From a virus (Duplodnaviria > Caudoviricetes), in the IMG/VR virus record IMGVR_UViG_3300033074_000304, positions 2,540 through 66,539 of that record: 64,000 bases of DNA; one strand, given 5' to 3'. Position 1 is the stretch's first letter, and every line of letters begins with the position of its first letter. The position numbers and the translations under genes were made by a program. Of the stretch, positions 9,201 to 17,341 are shown in pieces. The notes under the pieces are model-generated. The model was not told where the DNA came from, searched no databases, and was given only the letters and a program-made list of their open reading frames with translations.

Positions 9201-9587
9201 ATGAGTTTTGAATCGGCTGACAACTACTTTTCGCTTTCAATCAAGCGCAAAACATGCGATAAATGGGTGGAGTTGGACTTGTTCAAGGAGCTGAAGTCAG
9301 TTACGCATGCTGAGCAGCTGCTACTGTCAATGGATGGGGAAGAAGCGGTTGCCAAGTTTAAGAAGGGGCGGAACGTGGTATTCCTTTGCGGCAATGAGAA
9401 GCTGAAGAAGCAGATGAGCCCGAAGGGAAACTGCATCAGCTTTGAGAAGGGTGTGGCCTACATGAGGGAGCACCGGGTGCTGCCAAGGATCATCGAGGAA
9501 ATCAACCAGCCTTTGCTCATAGAAGCGGTGAAGGTGTTTGAGGGGGTAGTGACAGAGATCAGTGTTGCCCCTCTGGAGGCGTTGTGA
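9201..9587 (+). CDS. Hypothetical protein
   Basis: SD AAGGAG; ORF track. Confidence 0.6.
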   Translation: MSFESADNYFSLSIKRKTCDKWVELDLFKELKSVTHAEQLLLSMDGEEAVAKFKKGRNVVFLCGNEKLKKQMSPKGNCISFEKGVAYMREHRVLPRIIEEINQPLLIEAVKVFEGVVTEISVAPLEAL

Positions 9588-9841
9588 GGACTCTGGGCGG
9601 ACTTTTAGATGCAGACCCTACCCTTACCATAGGTGTAAGCAATAAATCGCTCGTACAGCTTCTGGGACGTCTTAGGATTTTGCAGAGGGATGACCCTGAC
9701 AAGGGGTTCATGAGAATGGAGCGGGAGGCGATGATGGTGGAGGGTGGTTTGCGGCCATTGGCCGCCCATAGATGGATGGACTTGAACCCCGACATGTACG
9801 GGGATATAAAAACAGCGGAGGCTTTAAATGAACAAGGGTGA
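9584..9841 (+). CDS. Hypothetical protein
   Basis: Coupled ORF. Confidence 0.5.
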   Translation: MRTLGGLLDADPTLTIGVSNKSLVQLLGRLRILQRDDPDKGFMRMEREAMMVEGGLRPLAAHRWMDLNPDMYGDIKTAEALNEQG

Positions 9842-10094
9842 CATGGTGGAGATCGTAAGGCGTGAGGCAAACGTGACATTGAAGGTTGCACAGACTGTTG
9901 TGGACGAGTTGCTTGGAGCGGTGGTTGACAGGGTGTTTGCTGGTGAGAGGATAAGCGTGCGTGGGTTCGGCGTGTTTTCTCTGAAGACCTCTAAGGCCCG
10001 TGAGTTCAGGAACCCGACCGGGAAAGGTGGTCCGATCAAGGTGGGCGAGCGGAAGACGATGAAGTTCAAGGCTTCGACTATGCTGAGGGGGTGA
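9828..10094 (+). CDS. hup: HU/IHF-family histone-like DNA-binding protein
   Basis: MNKGDMV..., ISVRGFGVFS, ARE.RNP.GKG..IKV....KFKAS. Confidence 0.92.
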   Translation: MNKGDMVEIVRREANVTLKVAQTVVDELLGAVVDRVFAGERISVRGFGVFSLKTSKAREFRNPTGKGGPIKVGERKTMKFKASTMLRG

Positions 10095-10101
10095 CGGTAT
10101 A

Positions 10102-10341
10102 ATGGGCAAGGTTCAGAAGAGCGGTCATGTGCAGGAGTATGTGGGGATAGACCCTAAGACGGGCAAGGAAATATGGACGTATGCCCATCGCAAAGCAGCA
10201 GGGGTGGGCGTTGGTGACAAGGCTGTTGTGCATCACAAAGACTCTAACCCCGGAAACAACAGCCGGTCCAACCTCCAAGTAGTTGCTGATAGGACGGCCC
10301 ACAACAAGATCGACAAGAAGATTCAAAAAGGGAAGAAATAA
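10102..10341 (+). CDS. Small HNH endonuclease-fold protein
   Basis: AHR...VVHHKDSNPGNNSRSNLQVV...HN. Confidence 0.8.
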   Translation: MGKVQKSGHVQEYVGIDPKTGKEIWTYAHRKAAGVGVGDKAVVHHKDSNPGNNSRSNLQVVADRTAHNKIDKKIQKGKK

Positions 10342-10380
10342 AAAGAGCCCCAACCCAATTAAGGGAAGGGGCTTTCTTCT
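10341..10380. terminator. Probable bidirectional intrinsic terminator between converging operons
   Basis: AGCCCC/GGGGCT stem flanked by an A-run on the left and TTTCTT on the right, between convergent ORFs. Confidence 0.65.
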
Positions 10381-10612
10381 ACTCAACACGTTCATACTTA
10401 GGTATACCTCCCACCCAGTACACCCCGCCCAGCTCCTCCAGGCATCGTGGACACACAAACCAGAACGCTGATGTCTTGCCCTTTGGTGCTGCTATCTTCA
10501 GTCCTATGTCGCACTCACCGCACTGTTTGACGGTGCAGGTTTTGCAAGTTCTGAACTCCCTGCCGCATCTGTGGCAGTGGGTAATAAAGTCCTCTGCTGC
10601 TTTAACTCCCAT
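10379..10612 (-). CDS. Small Cys-rich Zn-finger protein
   Basis: CHRC, CKTC, CGEC, CPRC. Confidence 0.6.
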   Translation of the reverse strand: MGVKAAEDFITHCHRCGREFRTCKTCTVKQCGECDIGLKIAAPKGKTSAFWFVCPRCLEELGGVYWVGGIPKYERVE

Positions 10613-10620
10613 TATTCACC

Positions 10621-10938
10621 TCACTGATTTGATTCAAGTAATAAAAGCACCGCCGCTACTATGGCTTCACGTCGGGTAGTGCGTCCTAATTCAACATCAT
10701 TGATTAGTGGGCTGTGTACTCTATGTGTCCCAACCATAGTCCATTCATCAATAGCACATTGCCATAGTAGTGTCGTACCATTATAAGCTAATTGCGGCAC
10801 ATACCCCTTCTCCACAAGCGTATCCAGCAGGCTCATTGCTGCTGCGTCATCGTTGAGGTAGTCGGGAACATGCTTGTTAATGTCACTGTGATATTCTTCC
10901 CATCCCTGCCATCTAGCCAGCTTCTCGTTGTCAGTCAT
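10621..10938 (-). CDS. Phage ABA-sandwich-like protein (paralogue 1)
   Basis: MTDNEKLARWQG...PDYLNDDAAAMSLLDTLV...TRREAIVAA; start reassigned to 10938. Confidence 0.6.
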   Translation of the reverse strand: MTDNEKLARWQGWEEYHSDINKHVPDYLNDDAAAMSLLDTLVEKGYVPQLAYNGTTLLWQCAIDEWTMVGTHRVHSPLINDVELGRTTRREAIVAAVLLLLESNQ

Positions 10939-11026
10939 TTGCTTTACCTCCGTCATATTTGCCAATAGCATATCCGGCAAAAAGAGCAAAAATAATAGGC
11001 ACAACATAAGCAATAATCTCGTTCAT
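10931..11026 (-). CDS. 31-aa single-pass membrane peptide (not in ORF track)
   Basis: MNEIIAYVVPIIFALFAGYAIGKYDGGKAND; overlaps both neighbours in coupled fashion. Confidence 0.55.
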   Translation of the reverse strand: MNEIIAYVVPIIFALFAGYAIGKYDGGKAND

Positions 11027-11361
11027 TCCCCGCCCTCCTTCTCAATAACCTTCAGCGCAGCGGCGGCAATCAAATCCTGAAAAGCGGCATTCGTTGCTAT
11101 CCTCTCCAACGCCGCCGTAGCAGTGCGGAGTTGGGATTCAAGTTCGGTGATACGCTTGGTAGAGTGCTTAATGTAAGGCTCAATCTCCGGTCGCACAGGC
11201 GTACCTAATTTGCAGCCGATCAATTTACCAACCGCCTGCACATCCCATGCTGCTTCAACAGCAAGTTGTTCTATTTTCCAGTTTTTCAAACTCTTATTCT
11301 CAACTTCAAGTTCAACTATCTGCCTGATGTCATCAGCGTTATGCCAAATAGGTTCGCTCAT
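11023..11361 (-). CDS. Hypothetical protein
   Basis: Coupled ORF with coiled-coil C-terminus. Confidence 0.6.
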   Translation of the reverse strand: MSEPIWHNADDIRQIVELEVENKSLKNWKIEQLAVEAAWDVQAVGKLIGCKLGTPVRPEIEPYIKHSTKRITELESQLRTATAALERIATNAAFQDLIAAAALKVIEKEGGE

Positions 11362-11528
11362 CTCCCCAACTCCTTCCCCGAAACGGACACAGTGAACCCG
11401 TCATATTTACCGCCCCATTTAATGCTTTTGACGGCAGGGGCAAACTCTCCCATACGCTTGTCTAGGTATTCCTGCATCGCTTCGATCAGCGTTGCCTCGT
11501 TCAGTATCAGTTCGTTGTTACCTTTCAT
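11358..11528 (-). CDS. Hypothetical protein (56 aa, not in ORF track)
   Basis: MKGNNELILNEATLIEAMQEYLDKRM..., ATGA-type overlaps on both sides. Confidence 0.55.
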   Translation of the reverse strand: MKGNNELILNEATLIEAMQEYLDKRMGEFAPAVKSIKWGGKYDGFTVSVSGKELGR

Positions 11529-11809
11529 GCGTCCCCCTTACCTTTCTCTATCAACTTAATTTCATATTTTAGATCAGAAATTTGTATTTCTAACTTATCT
11601 ATTTCTTCTTTAGCATCGTCCAAATTATCAAATAGATTATTACCCCAATCTCTTAGACCAGAATTAACCTCTCTGATCCGGTTTAGCTGTTTGATGGCGT
11701 GTTTTATGTCAACATGAGTATAGGCACAATCCATGTCCTCTAGCGTTGCAATCACGCTATCAATTAACGGACAGGTAATCTCCCATCCAGAGTTGTCTTT
11801 TAGGCTCAT
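11525..11809 (-). CDS. Hypothetical coiled-coil protein
   Basis: TCPLIDSVI...IREVNSGLRDWG; SD GGAGG. Confidence 0.6.
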   Translation of the reverse strand: MSLKDNSGWEITCPLIDSVIATLEDMDCAYTHVDIKHAIKQLNRIREVNSGLRDWGNNLFDNLDDAKEEIDKLEIQISDLKYEIKLIEKGKGDA

Positions 11810-12030
11810 ACGTCCTCCTTCCCTATCAACTCTAAACAAGTAGCAACGACAGCGGCGCGGCGGGTATAATATTTGTCGTATATTGTCACCTCCGCGCACC
11901 TCTCCAGCATCGCAGCGGCACCGGCTTGGTATGCCGCCTTAGCTGCGCTGTATGCTTCAGGCGTAGGACAGCAATCGTAGTTTCCCATCCACTCTTCAAA
12001 CTCATTCATCATCATTTGTATAACTTTCAT
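11806..12030 (-). CDS. Hypothetical protein sharing its 3' end with the 12027-12320 gene
   Basis: TRRAAVVATCLELIGKEDV vs TRREAVVAACLELIGKEDA. Confidence 0.55.
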   Translation of the reverse strand: MKVIQMMMNEFEEWMGNYDCCPTPEAYSAAKAAYQAGAAAMLERCAEVTIYDKYYTRRAAVVATCLELIGKEDV

Positions 12031-12320
12031 GCGTCCTCCTTCCCTATCAGCTCCAAGCAAGCAGCAACGACAGCTTCACGGCGGGTAGGTTTGCCATAAC
12101 TAAAAGCTAACCTTGCATCACCATTATTGGGGTAAATTTCACAACTCCATGCAGCGGAAGCGTTATCCATAAAAATGTCATATTTTTTTCCCACCAACGT
12201 ATCCAGCAGGCTCATGGCTGCGGCATCATCGTTGAGGTAGTCGGGTAGTTCATAATATTCGTGTAATGGCTCCCCAAACATTGGCCCCTGCCAACGTGCC
12301 AGAATTTCATTATCTGTCAT
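12027..12320 (-). CDS. Phage ABA-sandwich-like protein (paralogue 2)
   Basis: MTDNEILARWQG...PDYLNDDAAAMSLLDTLV. Confidence 0.6.
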   Translation of the reverse strand: MTDNEILARWQGPMFGEPLHEYYELPDYLNDDAAAMSLLDTLVGKKYDIFMDNASAAWSCEIYPNNGDARLAFSYGKPTRREAVVAACLELIGKEDA

Positions 12321-12522
12321 TTGCTTTCTCCTTGTACTCCATCGCCCTCATGCGATCCTCAAAACGCTTACCACCTGATAACCCCCACGGCAGTTCCCAT
12401 TCGGCTATGATTTGTTCCTTTGCCTGCTCCCACCCTTCGCGGTGGGCGGTGGCAAGTTGTTGTTTAAGTGATGGTCTAGTATGGCAGTCACACCATACTG
12501 TATGATTAGCTACGTTGCACAT
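12310..12522 (-). CDS. Hypothetical protein
   Basis: ORF track, SD present. Confidence 0.5.
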   Translation of the reverse strand: MCNVANHTVWCDCHTRPSLKQQLATAHREGWEQAKEQIIAEWELPWGLSGGKRFEDRMRAMEYKEKANDR

Positions 12523-12533
12523 CCCTCACCCTC

Positions 12534-12764
12534 CTATGCGTCAGCAGCAATCTTATGTGCTATATGTTGCAATTCCACATGATCCATTGAATGTACTTTA
12601 GATGCACAGGCGGTTCCATCTAGATAGCGCATAATACAGTACCGTTCTTCATCTGTTAAGGCAGGTATATCCAATGCAACATATAGTGCATTTCCATAGT
12701 ATGCCTCCCCAAGTGCCGTTGCGATTAGCTCTTTGGCTATCTGGTAGTTATCGTATTTACTCAT
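12534..12764 (-). CDS. Hypothetical protein
   Basis: ORF track, SD present. Confidence 0.55.
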   Translation of the reverse strand: MSKYDNYQIAKELIATALGEAYYGNALYVALDIPALTDEERYCIMRYLDGTACASKVHSMDHVELQHIAHKIAADA

Positions 12765-12767
12765 CCC

Positions 12768-13259
12768 TCATCCCTCCAGTCCGAAATGCCGCTTAACATG
12801 AATTTGAGTTATAGGGTCTATAAACTCTAAGCACTCTTTTATAGCCTCTTGACGAATATGTTTGGTGTACTCTTGCAAGCCTAGTACGCTCCCAATCCTC
12901 TCATTCTCTGCCCTTGCCTCGGCAAGCAAGGCTTGACTTGCGTCTAGCTGGCGTTCAAGGTCATCTGCGCGATTAAATTGTTCAACGGCTTTCAGTGACC
13001 ATGATGACTGCTCTTCTACAAGAGCATTAATCCGTAGCCAATCTGACTCAGTGCTTTCTTTGAACGAATCCAGCTGGCGTTTGTAGCCATTGATTTGTGC
13101 GTTACATTTCAATATTACTTGATAATTATCGTTTGCTATCGTGCTTGCCTCTTCCAGCTCTGCCTTGAGCCGGTCGATCTCGCAGTAAGGGCAATCTTTG
13201 CCCTCTGTTGCAAACAGGTACGTGTGTTGGTCGCACGTTTCAAATCCGTTGCTCATCAT
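12768..13259 (-). CDS. Coiled-coil protein with N-terminal CxxH/CxxC
   Basis: TCDQH...DCPYC then heptad-rich region. Confidence 0.6.
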   Translation of the reverse strand: MMSNGFETCDQHTYLFATEGKDCPYCEIDRLKAELEEASTIANDNYQVILKCNAQINGYKRQLDSFKESTESDWLRINALVEEQSSWSLKAVEQFNRADDLERQLDASQALLAEARAENERIGSVLGLQEYTKHIRQEAIKECLEFIDPITQIHVKRHFGLEG

Positions 13260-13271
13260 TCCCTCCTTTTT

Positions 13272-13319
13272 ATCTAACCACTCGATACAGCGGACACGCC
13301 GCTGATCTTGGCGTTATGG
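13272..13319 (+). mobile_element. attC-like integron recombination site B (48 bp)
   Basis: R'' ATCTAAC, 5 bp, L'' GATACAGC (extra A relative to L'), L' GCTGATC, 5 bp, R' GTTATGG. Confidence 0.65.
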
Positions 13320-13523
13320 CGCTAAATCCAGTAGCCAACCTGGAACAGTGCCGCCATTGTCTGCGGTCAATTTATCAACGACCGCCCGAAATACCTTATC
13401 TGATTCCTGAAATGCTGACAGGTATGTTGCTGTGTCCTCCATCATTTGTGCAAACTCAGGTTCCAGACTGTTTTCAGCTTGTTTCTGGCATTGAAAAATA
13501 CAGACACCTATTGAATACCTCAT
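13314..13523 (-). CDS. Hypothetical protein carried as an attC-bounded cassette
   Basis: SD GGAGGT; its stop codon TAA is the TTA of the attC-B core site. Confidence 0.65.
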   Translation of the reverse strand: MRYSIGVCIFQCQKQAENSLEPEFAQMMEDTATYLSAFQESDKVFRAVVDKLTADNGGTVPGWLLDLAP

Positions 13524-13541
13524 CTTTGTGGCACCTCCGCG

Positions 13542-13603
13542 CCATAACCAGTCATCCAAGCGGACGATAAAACCGTCCGCCGCTTAATTCCGCCCCGTTA
13601 GCG
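13542..13603 (+). mobile_element. attC-like integron recombination site A (62 bp)
   Basis: R'' CCATAAC, 5 bp, L'' ATCCAAGC, GGACG/CGTCC hairpin, L' GCTTAAT, R' GTTAGCG; R'' is the exact complement of attC-B R'. Confidence 0.7.
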
Positions 13604-13864
13604 GCTTCTGAAATTTAGGCAGTAAGCGCAGCCGTCTTTTATTACCCACGGTTCCGGCTGTTTGCTTTCCGCAGTGGCCTCAATGATAAATTTGCATCCA
13701 GAGCCTTCCTGCTTTTCGTTCCACAAAACCTCGTCAGGGTCAGAGCATTGGTCACAAAAATTGGCATAAAATTGCATCATCTCTGTTCCGCAACTCGGTA
13801 TATATGGTTGGTATTCAACATTTTGCATGTTATCACCGGCCACCTGCCGTTCCCGTATGGTCAT
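13598..13864 (-). CDS. Cys-containing hypothetical protein ending in the attC-A core
   Basis: CGTE...FCDQC...GCKFI...CLNF; stop TAA overlaps GTTAGCG. Confidence 0.6.
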   Translation of the reverse strand: MTIRERQVAGDNMQNVEYQPYIPSCGTEMMQFYANFCDQCSDPDEVLWNEKQEGSGCKFIIEATAESKQPEPWVIKDGCAYCLNFRSR

Positions 13865-14172
13865 GCTTCCTCCTGATAGTTGTACATGACATGCCACACC
13901 CCGGAACAGGCCATGTGATACTCGTCTTCTTTTATAGAGTTTTTGAAGTTGTCGTAGTTAATCCCCAATACGTGCATAGCAATGGTTGTCGCGGCCTCGC
14001 CCTTTGGTATTACTGCTCTGAACATATAGTCAGCAGACGGGGTCTTGGTTATTTCGGCGGCGGGGAACAGGGCTTTCAGATGTTTTTTGTTCCGTGCTCT
14101 GATCATGAGGGTGGTCTTGTCGTCGCGGTTCTCTACTGCTGAGATGAATCCTTTATTGGTGAATATCCACAT
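13861..14172 (-). CDS. Conserved-looking hypothetical phage protein
   Basis: MWIFTNKGFISAV...IRAR...DYMFRA...INYDNFKNS pattern recalled from uncharacterised phage proteins. Confidence 0.6.
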   Translation of the reverse strand: MWIFTNKGFISAVENRDDKTTLMIRARNKKHLKALFPAAEITKTPSADYMFRAVIPKGEAATTIAMHVLGINYDNFKNSIKEDEYHMACSGVWHVMYNYQEEA

Positions 14173-14415
14173 AGGCGTCTCCTTTGTCGAAGTTGTTAAC
14201 GAAATCTGCGGTGTCTTGGTCGAGTTTGCCTGCTGCGTGGGCTATTGCCCCTGCTATGAATGCGTGCCTGATAGTTGGCTCTGCCACTGACCCAATGATG
14301 TGGCCCATACTGTGGGCAGTCAACACGATGGTGATGAAGCCCAGCTCAAAGACTATCTGATCACCACGCAGGCGAACTGAGAGCTGCCTGAACCAGTGAA
14401 GCTCCAGAATGGATG

Positions 14416-14664
14416 TCATGCCGCCCTCCTTTCTGTTGCTACGGACTTGTAGATACTAAGCTGGTGGTATGCTGCCTCAAGCTCAGAGCTGAACTCTCTG
14501 CCGTCTGAGCACTCCCAGACCACCACCTCATGACGCGCCGGGTACTGGACTGTCTCGATCAGGGCCAGCTTGAGAGCCTTCTGCTTAGCTGATCTTTTAC
14601 GCCACCACTCGCGCTTCTGGCAGGTATCACATACTCCACATTCACATTTCAGTTGTCTGGCCAT
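14416..14664 (-). CDS. Hypothetical Zn-binding protein
   Basis: CECGVCDTC; SD AGGAGG. Confidence 0.55.
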   Translation of the reverse strand: MARQLKCECGVCDTCQKREWWRKRSAKQKALKLALIETVQYPARHEVVVWECSDGREFSSELEAAYHQLSIYKSVATERRAA

Positions 14665-14833
14665 AGGTTGCCTCCTTGTCGCGTGGTTTGCGTCCACGCT
14701 TGCCGTTTGTTGGTTTGTATTGGTTCATGATATAAACGCATTGTCTGGTGATGCCCAGCTCAGCTGCCAATGCTACGGCGCTTTCACCTGCTGCCAGTCT
14801 CCGTTTGACCATCTCGTGTTTGGGCTCGCTCAT
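14642..14833 (-). CDS. Small HTH DNA-binding protein
   Basis: RRLAAGESAVALAAELGITRQCVY. Confidence 0.7.
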   Translation of the reverse strand: MSEPKHEMVKRRLAAGESAVALAAELGITRQCVYIMNQYKPTNGKRGRKPRDKEATYGQTTEM

Positions 14834-14967
14834 TTGTGTTGGTCCTCCATCCAGTAGTGTCGCGCCCCTCTTTTGAATTTTTTGGTAGGGATCAGGACGT
14901 AGACTACAATAGCCAACGCCCCGATCAGCACCGCCCTTGCTGCCAACCAATCTGCAACAGCGTCCAT
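14830..14967 (-). CDS. Small membrane protein
   Basis: Hydrophobic AVLIGALAIVVYVLIP; TGATG coupling. Confidence 0.5.
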   Translation of the reverse strand: MDAVADWLAARAVLIGALAIVVYVLIPTKKFKRGARHYWMEDQHK

Positions 14968-15818
14968 CAGTTTTTCCTCGGTGCCATCTTGAAGGTGAAT
15001 ACGCCACGGTATCCTGCCAGGCGCGTTTCGCATACCGGCTCCCCGGCCTCGGTCCACCCGGTTCTGGTTTCCTGAGTTACTGGCTCATACCCCCAAGACT
15101 CAATCATGCCTGTGGTCTCAAGCCGTTCTGCCAGTTGGCTGCAGCGGTTGCGGTGCCATGCCACTTTGCGCAGGTCCGACGTATCGCAAAGCCCGTATAC
15201 CAGCCTGCTTACCAGAGAGTCGGCCCCGATCTTGCCGTTGTTGGTGTATTCTTTGTGTTCGTATGACCAGCTGATATCAAAACCAGATTCGTCTTCGATC
15301 TTGATGTTCGCTCCCTTCAACCTGTTGGTGATAGTCCTGCGTGAAGGGTACGACCAGCCAGCAGGCAGGCTCGTCCTGTTGCTGACTTGGCTGATCAGGG
15401 TTCTGTATATTTCGTATGTCTCAGGGTTGATGGTCCACCGTGCGGCGTAACCCTCTGGGAGGTTGCCTGCGTGCAGCTCGACAACCACCGCGTCTACTGT
15501 ATAGCTGCCATCTGGGAGCCTGTAATAGGAGTCGGACTCTAAGCGGTAGTACGGCTCGATGGTGCAGGTCTGCCCTTGGTGTACTACTGTCAGGCCAGCC
15601 AGCCCTGTATGTTCCCACTGCTGGTATGCCCAGTCTTTGTAACAGCCGGACATCAGATAGCTGTGCTTGTTGCTGTGGTCGTTGCGCTGGCCTTGGAGCT
15701 GGCTGAGCTGCTGTTTGAGCCTATTGATCTGTTCTTCAGTGCGTGCTGCGATATCCTTGTGTTGCCTTGCTTCCCTGATTGCCTGCATATCGGGTGCTGC
15801 GTAAGTTTTCTGTTCCAT
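14967..15818 (-). CDS. Hypothetical protein
   Basis: 283-aa ORF with SD AGGAG. Confidence 0.65.
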   Translation of the reverse strand: MEQKTYAAPDMQAIREARQHKDIAARTEEQINRLKQQLSQLQGQRNDHSNKHSYLMSGCYKDWAYQQWEHTGLAGLTVVHQGQTCTIEPYYRLESDSYYRLPDGSYTVDAVVVELHAGNLPEGYAARWTINPETYEIYRTLISQVSNRTSLPAGWSYPSRRTITNRLKGANIKIEDESGFDISWSYEHKEYTNNGKIGADSLVSRLVYGLCDTSDLRKVAWHRNRCSQLAERLETTGMIESWGYEPVTQETRTGWTEAGEPVCETRLAGYRGVFTFKMAPRKN

Positions 15819-15867
15819 AGGCGTCTCCTGTTGTGAACGGTATAATGGGTAGAGTGAACCGGGGCTG

Positions 15868-17148
15868 TTACGCCCCGGCTTGCATCCTGACTACTCTGCC
15901 GAACTTCGGTTTGAAGCTGTTGCTGCCGTCTGATGTGACTACCCAAAGGACAGGGCAGCCGGGATCATTGCCATGCTCAGAGCAATAGCCATCTGTGAAG
16001 TAGACCAGCGCTGAGGGCTCTTCGTCCAGCTTGGACAGCTCTTTCATGACAGGGGCAAACGAGGTGCCGCCACCGCCAACCGGCTTGAGCTGCAAGGGAA
16101 GATCGGCCTCAGTGAATGTCTGTCTGCTGCCAACAGATGAATCGCAGTAGATGACCTCAATCTTCGGGGGCTTCGTATCTTCCATGATGCTAGTGATCTC
16201 CCCGGCGAACTGGGCCATGTCGCTATCGCTCATGCTCCCCGACGTGTCCACAGCAATGGCGAAGAAGTCCATGTTGCCCTCGCTGTACATGCTGGGTAGG
16301 TAGATATTCTGGTGAACAAAGCGGCGGTTTGCCTTGGCCCAGCTGTAGTCATCCTTGCTGTTGCGTGTCAGGAAGTCGCGCAGGGTATCTTTCCAATCAA
16401 CCACCGGGCGCAGGACCTCTTCAAGCATACGGGCCAGACCAGATGGCAATTTGCCCTGAGCCTTAGCAACCTGAGCTGCCTGTTGTACAGCCTGCTGCCA
16501 CTCCGCCTCATGCTCGGCCAGGTCAGCAGGGCTCTCTGCAGGGGCGTCCATCACCCCACCGCATTTGCCCGGATCAGGGCATTTGTCACCTTGACCCTGC
16601 CCTTGACCTTGCCCCTGCTGTCCGGGTTGCTTGGTCGGCTCAGGATTGTCTCCATTGCCGCTTGGTTGACCATTGCCGCCACCTTGGTTGTCGCCTTGAG
16701 GTTGAGGCTGAGGTTGACGGCCCGGTTGACGCTCGGACTTCAGCACGGTGTAAATCTGTTCGGCACTCATGCCCTTGAACCTGGGATCAGCCAGCCCTTC
16801 AGCTGGCATCTTGTAGCCGTAGCTGATCAGCTCGAGGTTGATGGCATGGTCGGCTGCTTCATTGTACAGGGCATGGTCACGGCTGCCCCGGCGTGAAGTG
16901 TGGTTGGCTACGCAGTGCATGATTTCGTGAAGCAGGATGAAGTGTGCGTCATCATCAGGCAGAGACTCTATCCACGACTCGTTGTAGATAAGCTCCTTGC
17001 CATCAGTGCCAGCGGTCGGGATGCTGTTGTCAGCCTTGCGCTCAAGGCGCATCAGCAGGATTGAAAAGAACGGTTCGGTCAGGATGATGCGGACCATCAG
17101 GCGTTCCAGCTTTTGTTCAGCGGTTTCAGTTTTTGTTTTCTTAGCCAT
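15868..17148 (-). CDS. Zincin metallopeptidase + vWA domain protein (DUF2201-like)
   Basis: TAGTDG, LLHEIMH (HExxH), N.AAD..IN, Q/G-rich linker, vWA MIDAS DTSGSMS, GGGGT.F, FTDG; start reassigned to 17148. Confidence 0.88.
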   Translation of the reverse strand: MAKKTKTETAEQKLERLMVRIILTEPFFSILLMRLERKADNSIPTAGTDGKELIYNESWIESLPDDDAHFILLHEIMHCVANHTSRRGSRDHALYNEAADHAINLELISYGYKMPAEGLADPRFKGMSAEQIYTVLKSERQPGRQPQPQPQGDNQGGGNGQPSGNGDNPEPTKQPGQQGQGQGQGQGDKCPDPGKCGGVMDAPAESPADLAEHEAEWQQAVQQAAQVAKAQGKLPSGLARMLEEVLRPVVDWKDTLRDFLTRNSKDDYSWAKANRRFVHQNIYLPSMYSEGNMDFFAIAVDTSGSMSDSDMAQFAGEITSIMEDTKPPKIEVIYCDSSVGSRQTFTEADLPLQLKPVGGGGTSFAPVMKELSKLDEEPSALVYFTDGYCSEHGNDPGCPVLWVVTSDGSNSFKPKFGRVVRMQAGA

Positions 17149-17341
17149 GGTGACCTCCTCTTGTGAGTTGTAAGTAGCATTCTGACAGTGCTTGGACAAC
17201 CGGGTCTGCTTTTGGATCATCTCCGGCCTGCTCTTGTATTTCGTGTATAAGCTTGGCTATTACATCACCGGCAGCTTGGTTGATGGCTTTGTATTTGTTG
17301 ATGACATATAGGCTGGATACAGAGATGGTGTAGTCTCTCAT
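17141..17341 (-). CDS. Hypothetical protein
   Basis: Coupled ORF between the vWA and helical partner genes. Confidence 0.45.
   Translation of the reverse strand: MRDYTISVSSLYVINKYKAINQAAGDVIAKLIHEIQEQAGDDPKADPVVQALSECYLQLTRGGHHG

Noticed and set aside
10094-10106. ACGGTATAATGGG shared with 15837
   Set aside because: A single 13-mer match is expected by chance in 64 kb and the context differs from the 23-bp element pair
14153-14419. 88-aa ORF between 14172 and 14416
   Set aside because: Probably real by position, but the reading frame and start are uncertain and there are no motifs; not called
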